Source: Chryseobacterium sp. (lineage in GTDB: Bacteria; Bacteroidota; Bacteroidia; Flavobacteriales; Weeksellaceae). Taken from it: a DNA stretch of 59,889 nt. Made by a program: the position numbers and the translations under genes. Where the stretch lies: contig NZ_JALAHD010000085.1 in assembly GCF_022712095.1 (NCBI RefSeq), forward strand, positions 1-59,889, read 5' to 3'. Every line of letters begins with the position of its first letter. The stretch's first letter is position 1. A model generated the notes under the pieces. That model made no database searches. It saw only the letters and a program-made list of their open reading frames with translations, and was not told the DNA's origin. Positions 55,914-59,889 of this stretch are shown here, piece by piece.

Positions 55914-58781
55914 TTAAAAGTTAAGCTGTATTCCAAAAGAATAGGTTTTGAGCGGGGGTAAGAAACCGGTAAGGACAAATTCAGGGTCGAGCCCGAAATA
56001 CTTAGTCCAAGTCAGCAGGTTTTGCCCTTGGAAATAAATCATGGCATCTTTTACAATCCCGCTTTCAGGCTTAAGCCTGTAGCTTAGCTGAATATTTTTC
56101 AACCGAATGAAAGATGCATCACTAATAGCCGCCGTACTGTTTTTAAAGAAGGTTTGCAGAGTGGTTTTCTGAGGGTCAGCTCCTGAAGTATAAGGCATAT
56201 AGCTTCCGCCCGGGTTGTCCTGAGACCATACATCCAATAGCTCTACAGGCTGGTTATTCATCGTTCCCGGAGTTGGCATATAGTTGTGGTAATTCCAGTT
56301 CCTTTGCTTAACAAACTGCAATAAAAAGGAAAATGTCCAGTTCTTATATTGAAGCTGATTTTGTAATCCTCCAAAATACCGGACCCCTACTCTTTCGACC
56401 ATCTGGTTATCATCCGGTGAAGTGATTTTCCCGTCACCGTTAAAATCTTTAAAGCGGTAAAGCCCCGTTCCCGGGTCTATTCCTTCATATTGGTAAACCT
56501 TGACAATAGATACCGGATAACCTATGACATATTGATTGGCATAGGTTGAACCTTGCAGCCCCGGAAAAGAAACGAGCTTGCTGGTCGGAATGCTGATGTT
56601 AAAGCTGGTATTCCATTTGAAATGAGAAGTTCTCACCGGAAAAGCACTGAGGTCAAATTCAAATCCCTTGTTTTCAACCGTTGCCGGAAGATTGGCCTGA
56701 ATGGAGCTGAAACCTGTCGTTCCGGGCAGGGGAACCCCTACCAGCTGATTGGAAGAGCGGTTCCTGTACAATGCTGCCGAAAGGTTGATGCGGTCTTTCA
56801 GGAAGCCTAATTCTATGGCAGCTTCAAGCTTTACCGTTTTCTCCCAGCTGAAAAGCGGGTTGTATAACCGTGAAGGGTTCAGGGCGGTAATCCCACCATA
56901 GCCTGTCCCGGAAACGGTATAAGTGTCTAAATATTGGTAATCACCAATCTTATCACTTCCTGTAGTCCCGACACTGCTCCTGAACTTTCCATAGCTCAGC
57001 CATTGAGCTTCCTTAAGGAAGTGTTCGTTAGAGAACAGCCATGCTGCGCCTACCGCCCCGAAATTGGCAAATCGTTTTTGCGGACCAAACCTGCTCGAAC
57101 CATCCCTCCTTCCGGTGATATTGAGAATATACTTATGCTTATATTGATAGTTGATACGCCCGAATAAAGCGGCATACCTGTACTCATTGTCTGCTTCGGT
57201 AATAATTTTGGTTTTTGCAGCGCCTATATTGTGGATCAGGGCATTGCTTTCAAACCCGTATCCCTGGTTCTGGGACTGGTAGCCGGAATCCTGCTGGAAG
57301 GTTCCCCCGGCAAGCACATCAACCTGATGGTCTCCAAAGGTATGCTTCCAGCCAAGTTGCGGTTCAATAATATACGAGAAATATTGGCGTCTGTTTCTTA
57401 AGGCTGAAGAAGTAGCGCTGGTTAAGCCGTAGGATGGATTGTACATCGTATGGGGCAGCAGGGAATATTCTTCAAAAGCACGGTAATTAATCCCACCATT
57501 AAGCTTAACCGATATTCCTTTATAGGCTTCATAGCTCATATTGACATTGTAAGTGAACTGCTTGCTATCGTTAGAGTACGTGCTTACAAACGGTGCAATG
57601 GGATTATCAAAGGTGTTGTTTTCCCAGTTGACACTGCCATTTGCGGTATATAATGCCGGAGCATTCGGGCTAAGGAATATTGATTTGTTGGTGATCTCCT
57701 GGTTCAGTATATTATTAGTCTGGAAGGAAATCAGGTTGGATAGGTTAGCGGTAAATTTCCGGTCTTTGGACTGGTGGGAAATACTGCTGGTAATATTGTT
57801 GGTCTTATATCTGAATGATGCCGGAAATACTGTGGTCTGCTCCTGATGGCTGCCGCTTATCAGAAAAGAAGTCCCTTCGCTTCCGCCGCTGACGGAAACC
57901 TGTGTGCTTACTGTTTCAGCGGTATTGCCGATGAGTGCTTTCTGCCAGTCGGTGTACCGCGACTGGTTCCAGGCTCCATTGACATCATAAGCCGTAGCAG
58001 GATAGGTAGTAATCCCGTCATTGGCATAAGCTTCCTTACGCATGCTGATATATTCCTCCGTATTCATCATCTTCATTTTGGAAGCGGCCCGGCTCAGGGC
58101 ATAGCTGGTATTTATGCTGAGCTGTGTTCTTCCTTTTTTCCCTTTTTTAGTGGTGATAAGAACAACGCCATTGGCTCCACGGGAACCGTAAATAGCCGTA
58201 GCATCGGCGTCTTTCAGGATCTCGATATTTTCTATATCATTGGGATTGATGCTGTTTAGCGGGCTGATGGAAGAATAGGGCATAATGCTGCTGGAATACC
58301 GGGATGGGTTTTCCGAGCTGATCACGACTCCATCTACAATATACATCGGATCATTTCCTTCCCTTCTAAGGCTGTTTTTACCCCGGATCTGGATATCAAA
58401 GCCACCACCGGGAACACCGGAATTCTGGGTGATATTGACACCAGAAACTCTGCCCTGTACGGCAGAAAGTACATTAGATACAGGCTGGTTTTCGATGTCT
58501 TTCGCAGAAACTTTTGCTATGCTTCCGGTAAACTCCCTATCTTTGACTTTATAGTATCCGGCATTAAGCACAACTTCCTCAATGCTGCTTACTTTTTCCG
58601 AAAGGGGCTTATTTGAAGGGGATAAGGTATCGGTCTTTTTCCTGAGTACGGTAGCTTCAGGGGTATTCTTTCGGGAAATAGTATCAGAATTGCTCTGTAC
58701 CTGTGCATGAAAAGAAGCGCCCGCTACCGTCAGCATAAGGACACATGAAATGCCCCCTATGCTGGTATAGGATTTTTTCAT
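55914..58781 (-). CDS. susC: SusC/RagA TonB-dependent transporter
   Basis: IEEVVLNAGY, INPNDIENIEILKDADATAIYGSRGANGVVLITTKKG, C-terminal GIQLNF; start taken at MKKSY (58781). Confidence 0.96.
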   Translation of the reverse strand: MKKSYTSIGGISCVLMLTVAGASFHAQVQSNSDTISRKNTPEATVLRKKTDTLSPSNKPLSEKVSSIEEVVLNAGYYKVKDREFTGSIAKVSAKDIENQPVSNVLSAVQGRVSGVNITQNSGVPGGGFDIQIRGKNSLRREGNDPMYIVDGVVISSENPSRYSSSIMPYSSISPLNSINPNDIENIEILKDADATAIYGSRGANGVVLITTKKGKKGRTQLSINTSYALSRAASKMKMMNTEEYISMRKEAYANDGITTYPATAYDVNGAWNQSRYTDWQKALIGNTAETVSTQVSVSGGSEGTSFLISGSHQEQTTVFPASFRYKTNNITSSISHQSKDRKFTANLSNLISFQTNNILNQEITNKSIFLSPNAPALYTANGSVNWENNTFDNPIAPFVSTYSNDSKQFTYNVNMSYEAYKGISVKLNGGINYRAFEEYSLLPHTMYNPSYGLTSATSSALRNRRQYFSYIIEPQLGWKHTFGDHQVDVLAGGTFQQDSGYQSQNQGYGFESNALIHNIGAAKTKIITEADNEYRYAALFGRINYQYKHKYILNITGRRDGSSRFGPQKRFANFGAVGAAWLFSNEHFLKEAQWLSYGKFRSSVGTTGSDKIGDYQYLDTYTVSGTGYGGITALNPSRLYNPLFSWEKTVKLEAAIELGFLKDRINLSAALYRNRSSNQLVGVPLPGTTGFSSIQANLPATVENKGFEFDLSAFPVRTSHFKWNTSFNISIPTSKLVSFPGLQGSTYANQYVIGYPVSIVKVYQYEGIDPGTGLYRFKDFNGDGKITSPDDNQMVERVGVRYFGGLQNQLQYKNWTFSFLLQFVKQRNWNYHNYMPTPGTMNNQPVELLDVWSQDNPGGSYMPYTSGADPQKTTLQTFFKNSTAAISDASFIRLKNIQLSYRLKPESGIVKDAMIYFQGQNLLTWTKYFGLDPEFVLTGFLPPLKTYSFGIQLNF

Positions 58782-58818
58782 AAATTTGTTGGGTTTAATA
58801 AACTTATTATAACTAACT

Positions 58819-58858
58819 GCTCTTTCCTGCCAAGCGGTCAACTTTAAAGGAAAGGGCT
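58819..58858. promoter_or_regulatory. Stem-loop just upstream of the susC start
   Basis: GCTCTTTCCT...AGGAAAGGGC followed by a T-run on the plus strand. Confidence 0.5.
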
Positions 58859-59145
58859 TTTTTATTTCTCTTGTTCTGTAACAAAAAGATAATTAAGTAT
58901 CATTATAATAGGTGCTGCTTATTTTCATTTGATAGTCTTTTATGGTTACATTGTGTTTTTAATATTGTTTAGGAGGAAGTTTGGGAGATTACAAAACCTC
59001 CATCCTAAACATCATAAAGAATTAATCTGAATGAAATTAACCTCGAGTGTGAACTGTAAAGCCCCAATGGTTGCGCCGCCATTGTATCCTATCTAATCTT
59101 TATAGTAAAAGCAGCTTAGAGAAATGTAGAGAAGGCAAACATCAT

Positions 59146-59287
59146 TAAAAAAAACAGCGTGGAACTCTACCTACCGTATCAGAGGTACTGGCATACCCTT
59201 TACCACGAATAAGAGAGCCCACGCCTAAAACGTGAGCAATCTGCTTATTGTCTTGTGGTAAAATGAAAAGTGCCAGTTTTCTGATAC
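59146..59287 (-). promoter_or_regulatory. Structured 5' leader with mutually exclusive stems (attenuator-like)
   Basis: Long hairpin 59176-59287; alternative stem 59157-59168/59214-59224 followed on the minus strand by TGTTTTTTTT. Confidence 0.65.
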
Positions 59288-59329
59288 AAGATTCTAAGCG
59301 AATAGCTTCTAATATTTTTTGAAGTTTCG

Positions 59330-59361
59330 CAAAATTACAATTAAGTAACTTCTTTTACAAA
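59330..59361 (-). promoter_or_regulatory. Consensus Bacteroidota housekeeping promoter for the susC leader
   Basis: Minus strand TTTG (59361-59358), 20 nt, TAATTTTG (59337-59330). Confidence 0.75.
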
Positions 59362-59430
59362 GATAAGAAAAAATATTTTGGTATACAAAACTATACCAAA
59401 ATATTTTTCATTATGTGCTTAATTGCATTT

Positions 59431-59760
59431 ATGATTAAAGAAAGTGAAAAAATTATAATTATAAAAACCGCGATTACTCTGCGTAAAATGCTTAGTAACA
59501 ATAAGAGTTCCTCAGCGAAATCGGATGGTAGTGTGGACATAGTCAATAGTTATGATAAAATAGCTGCAAACTCTAATTCAGAACTGACCAAAGCCACAGT
59601 AAATGGTGCTTTTAGCGGAAAGAAAAGGTCAACGATGGCAACTATTGTTCTTATTGTTGAGTCAATGGGTTATACAATGATTGATTTTGCTGAAATTTAT
59701 GATAAGCTTTCAGCAATAGATGTTAATAAATTCAAAGAAGAAATACTTAAAAGAAATTAA
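59431..59760 (+). CDS. XRE-like helix-turn-helix protein
   Basis: SYDKIAANS..ELTKATVNGAFSGK..STMATIVLIVESMG.T...F; ATG 59431 preferred. Confidence 0.75.
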   Translation: MIKESEKIIIIKTAITLRKMLSNNKSSSAKSDGSVDIVNSYDKIAANSNSELTKATVNGAFSGKKRSTMATIVLIVESMGYTMIDFAEIYDKLSAIDVNKFKEEILKRN

Positions 59761-59889
59761 TATACTCCATATTTTAGATTTCAACCATTCTGTTATTTGT
59801 TCAATCGATAAAATAGGCTGCGAGCAATTTATAGTAATATTGATAAAAGAATTAAAACGCAAATTTGACATCAATTCTTATTGAAGAAT

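Larger units (their letters stand above)
1..59889. mobile_element. Interior of a Bacteroidota (Flavobacteriales) integrative conjugative element; boundaries and integrase outside the window
   Basis: CTn-type tra genes (E,F,G,J,K,M,N), coupling protein, relaxase, RteC, excisionase-like HTH, ssb and PRTRC operon together. Confidence 0.9.

Noticed and set aside
134-58554. Numerous short antisense or alternative-frame ORFs in the track (e.g. 11154-11777, 25347-25811, 31190-31759)
   Set aside because: Shadows of well-supported genes, without motifs; only 9686-10003 was retained
51860-58781. Polysaccharide utilisation locus
   Set aside because: No glycoside hydrolase, lyase or sugar-sensing regulator; the only enzyme is a peptidase
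59852-59889. Possible 3' end of a minus-strand outer-membrane protein gene (...SSIRIDVKFAF-stop)
   Set aside because: Only 11 codons are visible at the window edge, too little to call
1-59889. Integrase, att sites, tRNA/rRNA, IS transposases, antibiotic-resistance genes
   Set aside because: None recognised in the sequence or translations

Overview
The window is the interior of a large integrative conjugative element (ICE, CTn-like) from an AT-rich Flavobacteriales host. Chryseobacterium/Elizabethkingia-like is an inference from gene content and TAnnTTTG promoters. No integrase or att site lies inside it. Left to right: (1) defence cargo: restriction-modification S and M subunits and an AbiE type IV toxin-antitoxin pair. 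(2) A long minus-strand transfer region: DarB-like methylase-helicase, M23 peptidase, coupling protein, traN/M/K/J, four secreted helical proteins, TraG with an inserted DnaJ domain, traF/E, ParA-like protein, relaxase, adhesin-like protein and MobA. (3) A candidate oriT and a phased repeat array. (4) A leading region: YhcG nuclease, PH-domain gene between twin double hairpins, PRTRC ubiquitin-like operon and ssb, preceded by a ~360 nt fold-back that looks like a single-stranded-DNA promoter. (5) A replication module: primase-like gene, six iterons and Rep. (6) xis and rteC. (7) A TPR-AraC regulator divergent, across a perfect 54 bp palindrome, from a small lipoprotein/peptide precursor, a YjzC-like sORF, a MauE/DoxX protein and a small 4-Cys secreted protein; these converge on a SusC-SusD-S9 peptidase operon with an attenuator-like leader. 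Block (7) is the best candidate for an undescribed system: peptide signalling that may control rteC and hence ICE transfer. All family calls come from motif recognition, not database searches.
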